24,000 nucleotides of DNA from Atopobacter sp. AH10 (GTDB lineage Bacteria > Bacillota > Bacilli > Lactobacillales > Aerococcaceae). Positions within the stretch are counted from its first letter, which is position 1; the number at the start of each line of letters is the position of its first letter. Below the pieces are notes generated by a model. The model saw nothing but the letters and a program-made list of their open reading frames with translations. It was not told the DNA's origin and made no database searches. The translations under genes and the position numbers were made by a program. The stretch is from assembly GCF_003664595.1 (NCBI RefSeq), contig NZ_QXPZ01000012.1, positions 11,274 through 35,273 of the forward strand. The letters are read 5' to 3'. Shown piece after piece: positions 17,099 to 24,000 of the stretch.

Positions 17099-17280
17099 TG
17101 AGATATAAAAAAGCTAAAATGTTTCAAGAAATATTAAAAGACTGTAGAAATTTTTGGATAGTTAGCTGAAGGAGAAATCAGTAAGATGCACTTATCTAAC
17201 CTTATAGAGTAGTTTGAGGAAATATTATTTCAGCTGACTTAATGCGAGCTTGAGAACGACTAGGAGTAAAGAATAGCTTA

Positions 17281-17289
17281 TGCTATACT
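17281..17289 (+). promoter_or_regulatory. Extended -10 element (TGcTATACT) upstream of rqcH
   Basis: TGCTATACT at 17281-17289, about 30 nt upstream of the start codon. There is no good -35. Confidence 0.35.
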
Positions 17290-17321
17290 GAAAAAGAATT
17301 GATCAGGAAAGGATGTTTCAT

Positions 17322-18989
17322 ATGGATGGTTTAATGTTATATCATTTAATAAAAGAGATGGCTCCCCTATTACAAGGTGGGAGAATCAGTAAAATCCACC
17401 AACCTCTTACACATCAAATTCAATTAACCATTCGGGCTCAACGGAAAAATCATGTGCTTTTAATTTCTGCTGACCCGACTTATCAACGCATACACCTTTC
17501 ACAAGATCAATTGGATAATCCAACAAGTCCGCCTAATTTTTGCCTTGTCCTACGAAAACATCTAGAAGGAGGCATTTTAGAGCAAATTAAGCAAGTTGGC
17601 ACGGATCGCTGGGTCAAGTTAATGATTAGTCATCGTGACGAATTAGGCGATAGAAGTGAATATACCCTTATTGTTGAATTAATGGGACGTTATAGTAATA
17701 TCATCCTCCTGAATAAGGATGACAAAATCCTCGCTGCTTCTAGGTATGTAGATGAAAGCCAAAATCGTTATAGAGCAATTGAGATTGGGGAGGACTACAT
17801 TGCCCCTCCTTCTTCAAAAAAACGACAAGTCTCTGCTTTAACTGCTAGAGAATTGGACAGTATTTACCAACTAAATCAACCGATGAGCGACCCTTGTCAA
17901 TGGTTGATGGATACTTTCGAGGGAATCAGCCGAAATACCGCCAATGAAATTCTTGCTATAGCTAAAGAAGAAGGCCTTAATCCTGCCATCGCTTTAAAAA
18001 AATATCGTGATCAAGAGCTACACCCAGTTGTTTACCAAATGAAAAACCGCTTTATTCCGCAAGCTTTTACTTATATTACTTTAGGCGATCCTTTTAAACA
18101 TTTTGCTAGCTTAAGTGAAGCTTATGAATGGTCAATGCGCAAACAAATGCAAGAAAATTTCATCCGTCAATCTGCAGGACAAATCCTCCAAGTTTTGACT
18201 AATCATCTTAGTCGCAGTCAGCGTAAACTAGAAAAACTTGTAAGGGATCTAAAAGAGACTGAAGGCCTAAAAGAAGACCAACTTAAAGGAGAATTGTTAA
18301 CAGCCAATATTTATTCTATCTCCAAGGGGCAAAGTGAAGTTTCCGTGACGAATTATTACGACAATAATCAGTTGATGACTATCCCAATAGATCCTCTATT
18401 GAGTCCAGCAGACAATGCTCAGCGTTACTTCAAGCGTTACCAAAAGAGAAAATCAGCTCGTTTGCATCTTGATCGTGAAATTTCAAAGGCCAAAGAAGAA
18501 TGCCAGTATTTAGAAACGGTTCTTGAACAAATTCATGTAAGTGATTTGGCTACTCTTCTTGAAATTAGGGACGAATTGGAAAAAGAAGGCTACATAAAAA
18601 GGTCAGCCAAAAAGAAGAAAGTCCGTCTGCCTAAATCGATGCCACTAAAGTACAGATCTCCTTCAGGTCAGGAGGTTTTAGTGGGCCGAAATAATCGACA
18701 AAATGACCAACTTACCTTCCGTATTGCCCGAAAGGATTATTGGTGGTTCCATGTGAAAGATATGCCTGGATCTCATGTTGTCCTCATGGCTAAGGAGGCT
18801 AGCGAAGAGGATATTCTCTTTTGTTGTCAATTAGCTGCATATTATTCTAAAGCACGCTATTCTAACCATGTTCCTGTTGATTATCTTAAAATCAAAGGAC
18901 TCAACAAGCCAGTTGGAGGGCGATTAGGTTTTGTTACTTATCACCAGTCCAAAAATCTTTCTGTTAGTCCTATCGATCATAGGGAATAG
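17322..18989 (+). CDS. rqcH: Ribosome quality-control factor RqcH (NFACT family; formerly fibronectin-binding protein A/FbpA/PavA-like)
   Basis: N-terminal MDGLMLYHLIKEM...GGRISKIHQP and ELMGRYSNIILL (NFACT-N), a central coiled coil, and C-terminal NFACT-R (DYWWFHVKDMPGSHVVL, YYSKAR). The ATG at 17322 has better RBS spacing (AGGAAAGGA, 8 nt) than the listed ATG at 17313, which remains possible. Confidence 0.9.
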   Translation: MDGLMLYHLIKEMAPLLQGGRISKIHQPLTHQIQLTIRAQRKNHVLLISADPTYQRIHLSQDQLDNPTSPPNFCLVLRKHLEGGILEQIKQVGTDRWVKLMISHRDELGDRSEYTLIVELMGRYSNIILLNKDDKILAASRYVDESQNRYRAIEIGEDYIAPPSSKKRQVSALTARELDSIYQLNQPMSDPCQWLMDTFEGISRNTANEILAIAKEEGLNPAIALKKYRDQELHPVVYQMKNRFIPQAFTYITLGDPFKHFASLSEAYEWSMRKQMQENFIRQSAGQILQVLTNHLSRSQRKLEKLVRDLKETEGLKEDQLKGELLTANIYSISKGQSEVSVTNYYDNNQLMTIPIDPLLSPADNAQRYFKRYQKRKSARLHLDREISKAKEECQYLETVLEQIHVSDLATLLEIRDELEKEGYIKRSAKKKKVRLPKSMPLKYRSPSGQEVLVGRNNRQNDQLTFRIARKDYWWFHVKDMPGSHVVLMAKEASEEDILFCCQLAAYYSKARYSNHVPVDYLKIKGLNKPVGGRLGFVTYHQSKNLSVSPIDHRE

Positions 18990-19080
18990 GCATAAGTAGT
19001 TACTATAATTGAGACGATCTTTCTTTTAACCTGTAAAGCTAATAAGATCCAATATAAGCATGACATTCGTATGAATTAAA

Positions 19081-19126
19081 AGAGAGCAAAAACACTTCTG
19101 CTAGTGTTCTTGCTCTCTTTATTCTT
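19081..19126. terminator. Bidirectional rho-independent terminator between convergent rqcH and pyrR
   Basis: 16-bp stem with one mismatch: AGAGAGCAAAAACACT (19081-19096) / AGTGTTCTTGCTCTCT (19103-19118). T-rich tracts follow on both strands (TTATTCTT on +, TTTTAATTC on -). Confidence 0.75.
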
Positions 19127-19173
19127 GCTAAAAAATATTCTATTTGTGCCTTTTAGCTTTAGAGAAAGAATCT

Positions 19174-19716
19174 TTAGTTTTCGTCTGGACGCTCAAGGTA
19201 GACACAGTCTTTCCCATCTCGCTCCTTAAGATGAACCGTTACTTTTTCACTTTGAGCTGTAGGAATATTTTTCCCGATAAAGTCAGGTCGAATAGGTAAT
19301 TCTCTATGCCCACGATCGATTAAAGTGGCTAAGTGAATGCGTTTTGGGCGTCCATAGTCCATCACAGCATCCATAGCAGCTCGAATGGTTCGACCAGTAT
19401 ATAAAACGTCATCGACCAAGACGATCACACGATCTGTTATCCATTTTTGATCAGCTTGGCTAAAGACGACTTCATCCTGTATTTTTTCAATCAAATCATC
19501 TCGATAAGAATGAATATCTAAACTTAACATAGGGACTTTTTTTCCCTCGATTTGTTCTAGACGGTCAGCTAAACGTTTAGCAATATCTTCGCCACGAGAT
19601 CTAATTCCAATGAGAGTCACACTATCTACTCCATTATTTTTTTCCAAAATTTCATAGGCAATCCTTGTCAAAGAACGGCGAATACTAGCTTCATCCATTA
19701 ACTGTAGTGGCTTCAT
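19174..19716 (-). CDS. pyrR: Bifunctional pyrimidine operon regulator / uracil phosphoribosyltransferase PyrR
   Basis: IRRSLTRIAYEILEKN, the PRPP-binding loop VIVLVDDVLYTGRTIRAA, and LIDRGHRELPIRPDFIGKN. The start codon overlaps the rluD stop (ATGA). Confidence 0.93.
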   Translation of the reverse strand: MKPLQLMDEASIRRSLTRIAYEILEKNNGVDSVTLIGIRSRGEDIAKRLADRLEQIEGKKVPMLSLDIHSYRDDLIEKIQDEVVFSQADQKWITDRVIVLVDDVLYTGRTIRAAMDAVMDYGRPKRIHLATLIDRGHRELPIRPDFIGKNIPTAQSEKVTVHLKERDGKDCVYLERPDEN

Positions 19717-20618
19717 CGGTCATCTCTCCTTAATTGGTTCAAATAGTGGCTGATATCTTCTGGTAAATCTCTTTCAAAGTCCATCCATTCTCCTGTTACC
19801 GGATGGGCAAAAGCAAGTCGGTAAGCGTGTAGAGCCTGCCCTTTCCTCAGATTAGGAATAATCTTTAAAGATCCATACATAGGGTCGTTTAAGACTGGGT
19901 GATTTATAAAAGCCATATGCACCCTTATTTGATGAGTTCTTCCAGTTTCTAGAACGCACTTAACTAAGCTAGCGTTTTTAAAACGTTCTAGGACTGTAAA
20001 GTGTGTCTTGGCTTCTTGGCCTTCTTTATCTGCCACACGCTTTAATCGATTAGTGGAAGATCGGCGGATGGCAGCATCAATTTGTCCTTCTTCCTCTTCT
20101 ATAATACCAGAGACTAAGGCCAAATAGTACCTGTGAACTTCTCTTGCCTTTATTTGCGCAATCAGCTTGTCGTAAGCTAAATCACTTTTAGCTATGACCA
20201 TTAAGCCACTTGTGTCCTTGTCTAAGCGGTGAACAATTCCTGGACGAAAGTCTTCTCCATGATGAGACAAGGGAATTTGTAAGCCCAATAAAGCATTGAC
20301 TAATGTTCCAGAAGAATGCCCTTTTGAAGGATGTACGACCATTCCAGCTGCTTTATTAACGACTAAAATATCATTGTCTTCATAAACAATATCGAGAGGA
20401 ATAGACTCTGCTTTTAAAACAAGTCCTTCTTCCTCTTTTATAGTCCAGTTAATCTCGTCCCCTTCTTCTAAAAGATATTTACTTGGAAGATTTTTCCCAT
20501 TGACAGTAATAAGATTTTCTTTTATCGCACGTTGGATAGCTGACCGAGATTTTGAAGGCTCTTGTCGGCTTAACCATTTATCTAATCGGTCTAGTGGCGG
20601 ATAGGCAATCCACTTCAT
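19713..20618 (-). CDS. rluD: RluA-family 23S rRNA pseudouridine synthase (RluD-like)
   Basis: N-terminal S4 domain (RLDKWLS...SRSAIQRAIKENLITVNGK), catalytic HRLDKDTSGL, and TGRTHQIRVH. It sits in the conserved position between lspA and pyrR. Confidence 0.9.
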   Translation of the reverse strand: MKWIAYPPLDRLDKWLSRQEPSKSRSAIQRAIKENLITVNGKNLPSKYLLEEGDEINWTIKEEEGLVLKAESIPLDIVYEDNDILVVNKAAGMVVHPSKGHSSGTLVNALLGLQIPLSHHGEDFRPGIVHRLDKDTSGLMVIAKSDLAYDKLIAQIKAREVHRYYLALVSGIIEEEEGQIDAAIRRSSTNRLKRVADKEGQEAKTHFTVLERFKNASLVKCVLETGRTHQIRVHMAFINHPVLNDPMYGSLKIIPNLRKGQALHAYRLAFAHPVTGEWMDFERDLPEDISHYLNQLRRDDR

Positions 20619-21079
20619 TAAAGCATAGCCCCCTTCTCTTTTTGCTTATCTAGATAAAGATAGGCTAGTAATAAAATCACTACTCCTAATGAAATAAAAC
20701 AATCTGCAAGATTAAAAATTGGGAAGTTTATAAAATCAAAATCAAACATATCGACAACGTAACCCAAACGAAAACGATCCAAGCCATTCCCTAATGCACC
20801 AGAAAGAACCAAGGCATAGCCAGTAGCTAAAGCTTTAGAACGATGAATTTCTTGCCTCATCAGATGGATAATAAAGCAAGAAGCTAACAAGGTAATAAGC
20901 AATAAGAAAATCCTAGAATGACTGAATACGCCCCAAGCTGCACCAAAATTTCGAATATGGTGAAGGGAAACAATTCCGGGTAAAAAATGCTGACTTTCAC
21001 CAAGTTTGAGATGCGACACCGTCCAAAATTTCATAGCTTGATCAAGCAGTAAAGCTGTTATAACTAATATTATATACAT
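20618..21079 (-). CDS. lspA: Lipoprotein signal peptidase (signal peptidase II)
   Basis: Four TM segments, with NFGAAWG, GNGLDR and FNLADCFISLG (the catalytic Asp motifs). There is a 1-nt overlap with rluD. Confidence 0.92.
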   Translation of the reverse strand: MYIILVITALLLDQAMKFWTVSHLKLGESQHFLPGIVSLHHIRNFGAAWGVFSHSRIFLLLITLLASCFIIHLMRQEIHRSKALATGYALVLSGALGNGLDRFRLGYVVDMFDFDFINFPIFNLADCFISLGVVILLLAYLYLDKQKEKGAML

Positions 21080-21239
21080 AATGATAATCTCCCTAAATGT
21101 TACTTATGTTACAAGCATATCACTGTTTGTTCTCAATATCATTGTATTTTACTGGTCTGTTAAGCATTTGACCTCTAAATGTGCTAAAAATAATATAATG
21201 GCAAAAGCTTTTAAACAAAATGTAAAGCGAGGGAATAGA

Positions 21240-21872
21240 ATGAAAAGACTTCAAAAAGTCCTTTTACTTTTTCTCGGCCTGTTTCTTCTATGTGCTTGTG
21301 GCAGTCGTGAGACTGATACGGCAAAAGCTCTAGAACAATTTGAAACAGCAACACATGACATGGATACTGATTTCCAAACCATTATTAAACTTGAGAAAAA
21401 AGTTCAAAAGGACTGGGAATCGACTATTAGTTTAGACGACTCCATGCAGCAATTCAAGAAAAAAAATGGACCAATTTTTGAGAATTTAAACAAACGTCAG
21501 CTAGCCATTAAACAACTAAAAAAACAGGACAAACTGTTTCGGTTAGCCGATCGCAAGTTAGCCACAATTGAAACACCACGGACGAAGGGGACGTCTGTAG
21601 AAGATATTAAAGGCCTAAGACTAAAAATTCAACGCATTCATAAGGAATACAGCTTATTTTCTAATGCTTATACGGATCAATTAGACGCTGAACTCAACTT
21701 TTACACCTCTCTATCCCACAATGACATGAATTTTAAAACATTCAATCAAAGTATGGTTAAGGTGAATAAGAAGGCGGATAAATCGCTATCCCACTTGAAG
21801 AAATTACAAAAAGATATGCGGAAACTTTCTAATCCCCTACGACGGTTACACGATTTGTTAGTGGCGAATTAG
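21240..21872 (+). CDS. Helical lipoprotein, YkyA-like (putative cell-wall-associated lipoprotein)
   Basis: Start moved to ATG 21240, which has RBS GAGGGA upstream. Signal peptide with lipobox (MKRLQKVLLLFLGLFLLCACGS). The mature part is all-helical and K/E/Q-rich, with the length and pattern I associate with the YkyA family. The family call is tentative. Confidence 0.65.
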   Translation: MKRLQKVLLLFLGLFLLCACGSRETDTAKALEQFETATHDMDTDFQTIIKLEKKVQKDWESTISLDDSMQQFKKKNGPIFENLNKRQLAIKQLKKQDKLFRLADRKLATIETPRTKGTSVEDIKGLRLKIQRIHKEYSLFSNAYTDQLDAELNFYTSLSHNDMNFKTFNQSMVKVNKKADKSLSHLKKLQKDMRKLSNPLRRLHDLLVAN

Positions 21873-21960
21873 CAAGACCAACTTTTGCCAAGCCCTAACA
21901 GTTGATTTGATAGTGTCATCGAAGATCATTCACTTTTATAGGAATAGGAGGCAGTGACGA

Positions 21961-23163
21961 ATGAAACGCTTAAGCTCTAAGATAGGGTTTGGGTTAGCCT
22001 TATTCATGCTAGCATTCTTAAGTACTAACTCAATGACTTTAGCGGATCACAAAAGTCAAGAGGATAAGGGTTATCGTGAGGAAAATCTTCTACGAACGCC
22101 AAAAAACTTACCTCAACAATTTTTCTATCAAACAGGAATCAATATTCCTTATCCTAAAAGCGGTGTGAAAGGAATTTATGCTCCGACTCGTTTCTACGAC
22201 CGGAAAACGCAAAAAAAACTTTACAAGCTTTTGGATACTACTCCACTCAATGCAATCGTTCTAGATGTTAAGGATGATACAGGATTTATTACAATGCCTT
22301 TAAAGGGGTTAAGTAAAAAGGCTAAAAAGAATATGGAAGTTCATATCAAACATCCTCAGAAAATGATGAAGGAGTTTGAAAAGCATCAAATATATCCCAT
22401 CGCTAGAATTGTTGTCTTTAAAGATACTCTGTTAGCTAGACAACGCCCTGATCTGTCCTTTATCGATCAAACTGGTGAATTATGGACTTCAGGCAATGGT
22501 GATAGCTTTGTTAGTCCATTTAAAAAAGAAATTTGGGACTATAATGTGAATATTGCTATTGCAGCAGCAAAACTGGGCTTTAAGGAAATTCAGTTTGACT
22601 ATGTACGTTTTCCGGAAGGTTTTGAGACCTTCGCGGATAGTTTGCAATTTAAAATGGGCAAATATGCAAATTACAAGGACGATATACAAGCTCGTGTTCA
22701 AGCTGTTTCAGATTTTGTGGCCTATGCGCATAAAAAACTTCAGCCTTATGGGGTAAAAGTCGGAGTCGACATTTTCGGATATGCGGCTACTATCCCAGAA
22801 GCACCAGGTATCGGTCAAAACTTTTCCAAAATATCTTCTCATGTGGATGTCATTTCTTCAATGATCTATCCAAGTCACTGGGGAATGTCCTATTTTGGGA
22901 TTTACCAACCTGACTTACATCCTTATGATGTAGTAGCCTCTTACATGGAAATTGAAAAACAAGTTCTATCCAAGTTAAAAGATCGACCAATTTCAAGACC
23001 ATGGTTACAAAACTTTACGGCTTCATATCTTGGGCCTGGTAATTATTTAGAATATGGACCAGAAGAAGTAAGTGCTCAGATTCAAGCGGTTAAAGAATCA
23101 GGCGTTAAGGAATACCTATTATGGGATGTTAATAATTCCTACTTTAAAAAGACGGATTATTAG
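21961..23163 (+). CDS. Secreted putative glycoside hydrolase-like protein (DUF4015 family)
   Basis: Signal peptide (GFGLALFMLAFLSTNSMTLA). GVKGIYAP...LNAIVLDVKDDTGFITM, IARIVVFKD and EIQFDYVRFPE fit the TIM-barrel-like DUF4015 pattern as I remember it. RBS AGGAGG lies 9 nt upstream. Confidence 0.7.
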   Translation: MKRLSSKIGFGLALFMLAFLSTNSMTLADHKSQEDKGYREENLLRTPKNLPQQFFYQTGINIPYPKSGVKGIYAPTRFYDRKTQKKLYKLLDTTPLNAIVLDVKDDTGFITMPLKGLSKKAKKNMEVHIKHPQKMMKEFEKHQIYPIARIVVFKDTLLARQRPDLSFIDQTGELWTSGNGDSFVSPFKKEIWDYNVNIAIAAAKLGFKEIQFDYVRFPEGFETFADSLQFKMGKYANYKDDIQARVQAVSDFVAYAHKKLQPYGVKVGVDIFGYAATIPEAPGIGQNFSKISSHVDVISSMIYPSHWGMSYFGIYQPDLHPYDVVASYMEIEKQVLSKLKDRPISRPWLQNFTASYLGPGNYLEYGPEEVSAQIQAVKESGVKEYLLWDVNNSYFKKTDY

Positions 23164-23184
23164 AGCAGATTCTATGTTTTAACC

Positions 23185-23218
23185 ACAGCACTAGTCTTTT
23201 GGACTGGTGCTGTTTTTC
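23185..23218 (+). terminator. Rho-independent terminator after the DUF4015 gene
   Basis: Stem ACAGCACTAGTC (23185-23196) / GACTGGTGCTGT (23202-23213) with one G-U pair, followed by TTTTTCC. Confidence 0.7.
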
Positions 23219-23348
23219 CTTATCTAAGGAAATCCTTTAAATTGAAGATTCACGGGAGATAAATTTCAAGTTTCTTTCTAAACAAATTTTCTCTTACAAT
23301 TTCAAGCCAATAATTTTTCCTGACTTTGGCACTTTTAAAATACAAAAA

Positions 23349-23390
23349 GCCTCCAAAAGTTGATTAAATCAACTTTTAGGAGGTTTTTTT
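23349..23390. terminator. Strong bidirectional hairpin/terminator with no assigned gene
   Basis: GCCTCCAAAAGTTGATT / AATCAACTTTT(A)GGAGGT is a roughly 17-bp stem with one bulge. It is flanked by AAAAA (23344-23348) and T7 (23384-23390). It lies 130 nt after the previous terminator and immediately before the putative IS end. Confidence 0.65.
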
Positions 23391-23414
23391 AATTTTGACT
23401 GTATTTGGTAAACT

Positions 23415-23449
23415 AAAAATCAGCCAAGTGGCAATTAAAAATTCAGCCA
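23415..23449 (+). repeat. Two direct copies of AAAAAT(T)CAGCCA in the IS end (candidate transposase-binding terminal repeats)
   Basis: AAAAATCAGCCA at 23415-23426 and AAAAATTCAGCCA at 23437-23449. AAGTGGC (23426-23432) / GCCACTT (23446-23452) also form a 7-bp inverted repeat. Confidence 0.4.
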
Positions 23450-23496
23450 CTTATTAGTATACGACCACTGAAAGGATGGAATTAGAGGTGTTAACA

Positions 23497-24000
23497 GTGA
23501 ACCAAATTTATGATATACGATTGATACACGACATGGAAGGGAAAAGTATCAGAAGCATTGCCAGGGAGACTGGTTTCGATCGCACCACAATTAGTAAATA
23601 TGTCAATCAGGAAGATTTTGATCCTGATGTTCCGATTAAACAGAAGCGAAGTCGCAAAACAGATCCCTATCGAGCACTTGTTAAACAATGGCTCCTAGAC
23701 GATTTTAAAGCCCCCAGGAAGCAAAGACATACCGCTCAAAGAGTCTATGATCGACTCCTTGAACTCCACAAAAAAGGAGATTTGGTCTTAAAGGCTTCAC
23801 CTAGGACCATTCGCTCTTTAGTGGCTGAATTAAGAGAAGAGGTCAAACAGGAGACAGTCGTCTACTTGCCTTTAGATCATCCAACAGGCGAGGCTCAGAT
23901 TGACTTTGGTGAACTTTCCTTTTATGAAAAAGGGGTTTTATATCAAGGTTACTTGTTTGCGATGACCTTCCCCTATTCCGACGCGAAATTCGTTCAAATC
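23497..24000 (+). CDS. istA: IS21-family transposase IstA, N-terminal 168 codons (3' end outside the window)
   Basis: The frame is open from GTG 23497 (RBS AGAGGTG 6 nt upstream; an in-frame ATG at 23476 is also possible) to base 24000. It is absent from the ORF track because it has no stop in the window. The translation VNQIYDIRLIHDMEGKSIRSIARETGFDRTTISKYV...KQRHTAQRVYDRL...LPLDHPTGEAQIDFGE...FPYSDAKF shows the HTH and the start of the DDE core typical of IstA. Confidence 0.85.
   Translation, partial: MNQIYDIRLIHDMEGKSIRSIARETGFDRTTISKYVNQEDFDPDVPIKQKRSRKTDPYRALVKQWLLDDFKAPRKQRHTAQRVYDRLLELHKKGDLVLKASPRTIRSLVAELREEVKQETVVYLPLDHPTGEAQIDFGELSFYEKGVLYQGYLFAMTFPYSDAKFVQI

Larger units (their letters stand above)
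23396..24000 (+). mobile_element. IS21-family insertion sequence, left end (continues beyond the window)
   Basis: It contains the 5' part of an istA-type transposase gene preceded by a roughly 100-bp non-coding end with repeated AAAAAT(T)CAGCCA motifs. The outer boundary at TG 23396-23397 is a guess, uncertain by tens of bp. Confidence 0.75.

Noticed and set aside
17161-17238. Long-range inverted repeat GTTAGCTGAA / TTCAGCTGAC in the divergent intergenic region upstream of rqcH, plus an 8-codon ORF with a GAAGGAG RBS.
   Set aside because: The pairing is 10 bp with one mismatch and a roughly 60-nt loop, with no supporting helices or terminator. The ORF's RBS spacing (11 nt) is poor. This is insufficient to call an RNA element or leader peptide.
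19081-19173. PyrR-binding attenuator downstream of pyrR. The AGAGAG in the hairpin arm recalls the UCCAGAGAGG binding loop.
   Set aside because: The AGAGAG is part of the stem of a plain terminator. The flanking UCC/GGCU context of the PyrR loop is missing, there is no alternative antiterminator structure, and no pyr gene follows.
2272-21239. Longer N-terminal extensions given by the ORF track for the amidase (2272), fhs (5228), DUF554 (6982), the TlpA-like protein (17061) and the YkyA-like lipoprotein (21081).
   Set aside because: Internal ATGs at 2323, 5264, 7051, 17040 and 21240 have properly spaced Shine-Dalgarno sequences. They give family-typical N-termini or signal peptides. The extensions overlap terminators or promoters, or add non-homologous residues.
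886-23688. Antisense or embedded ORFs from the track: 886-1071(+), 5147-5329(-), 6631-6903(-), 6921-7181(-), 7416-7811(-), 8568-8804(-), 9715-9912(-), 9735-9965(+), 10687-11028(+), 11531-11749(-), 11947-12267(+), 22489-22701(-), 22553-22756(+), 23491-23688(-).
   Set aside because: Each lies inside or opposite a well-supported gene or spans a terminator. Each lacks an RBS and has a low-complexity or odd composition. I treat them as shadow ORFs.
1-24000. CRISPR arrays, tandem repeat arrays, tRNA/rRNA genes, and defence, toxin-antitoxin or prophage modules.
   Set aside because: I found no regularly spaced direct repeats, no tRNA-like GTTCGAATC arms and no rRNA-like segments. None of the ORFs shows nuclease-helicase, methyltransferase, Abi, TIR, STAND, integrase or phage structural signatures. 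Apart from the IS21 end, the window reads as core chromosome.

Overview
Low-GC Firmicutes chromosome segment. Gene content and order look like Bacilli/Lactobacillales core genome: lspA-rluD-pyrR, guaC, coaBC, nrdH, fchA-fhs, rqcH, one LPXTG protein and several lipoproteins. I call 23 protein-coding genes, and most are recognisable housekeeping or cell-envelope functions. Inferred transcription units: partial nnr (+), convergent with an LPXTG surface protein (-). Amidase-ybaK (+). fchA-fhs (+), then a DUF554 membrane protein (+). M42 aminopeptidase (+). A lipoprotein (-). guaC plus a small membrane protein (-). coaBC-DUF1510-yitT-yitT (-). nrdH (-). A TlpA-like lipoprotein plus thermonuclease (-). 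rqcH (+). lspA-rluD-pyrR (-). A YkyA-like lipoprotein and a DUF4015 secreted protein (+). The only clear mobile DNA is the left end of an IS21-family element at the right edge (about 23.4-24.0 kb). Its transposase frame runs off the window and is missing from the supplied ORF track. I found no rRNA, tRNA, CRISPR array, tandem-repeat array, recognisable riboswitch, or recognisable defence, toxin-antitoxin, secretion or biosynthetic cluster. I do not see persuasive evidence for a new multi-gene system here. The best leads are modest: (1) the IS21 boundary and whatever lies beyond it; (2) a thioredoxin-fold lipoprotein whose CXXC is degenerated to ADVC, overlapping a Cys-free membrane-anchored nuclease; (3) a tightly coupled coaBC-DUF1510-YitT-YitT operon; (4) an LPXTG sorting signal with a 28-residue acidic extension overlapping the convergent gene; (5) a consensus promoter with a palindrome and a cre site ahead of fchA-fhs. 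All family calls rest on motif recognition by eye, with no database search.
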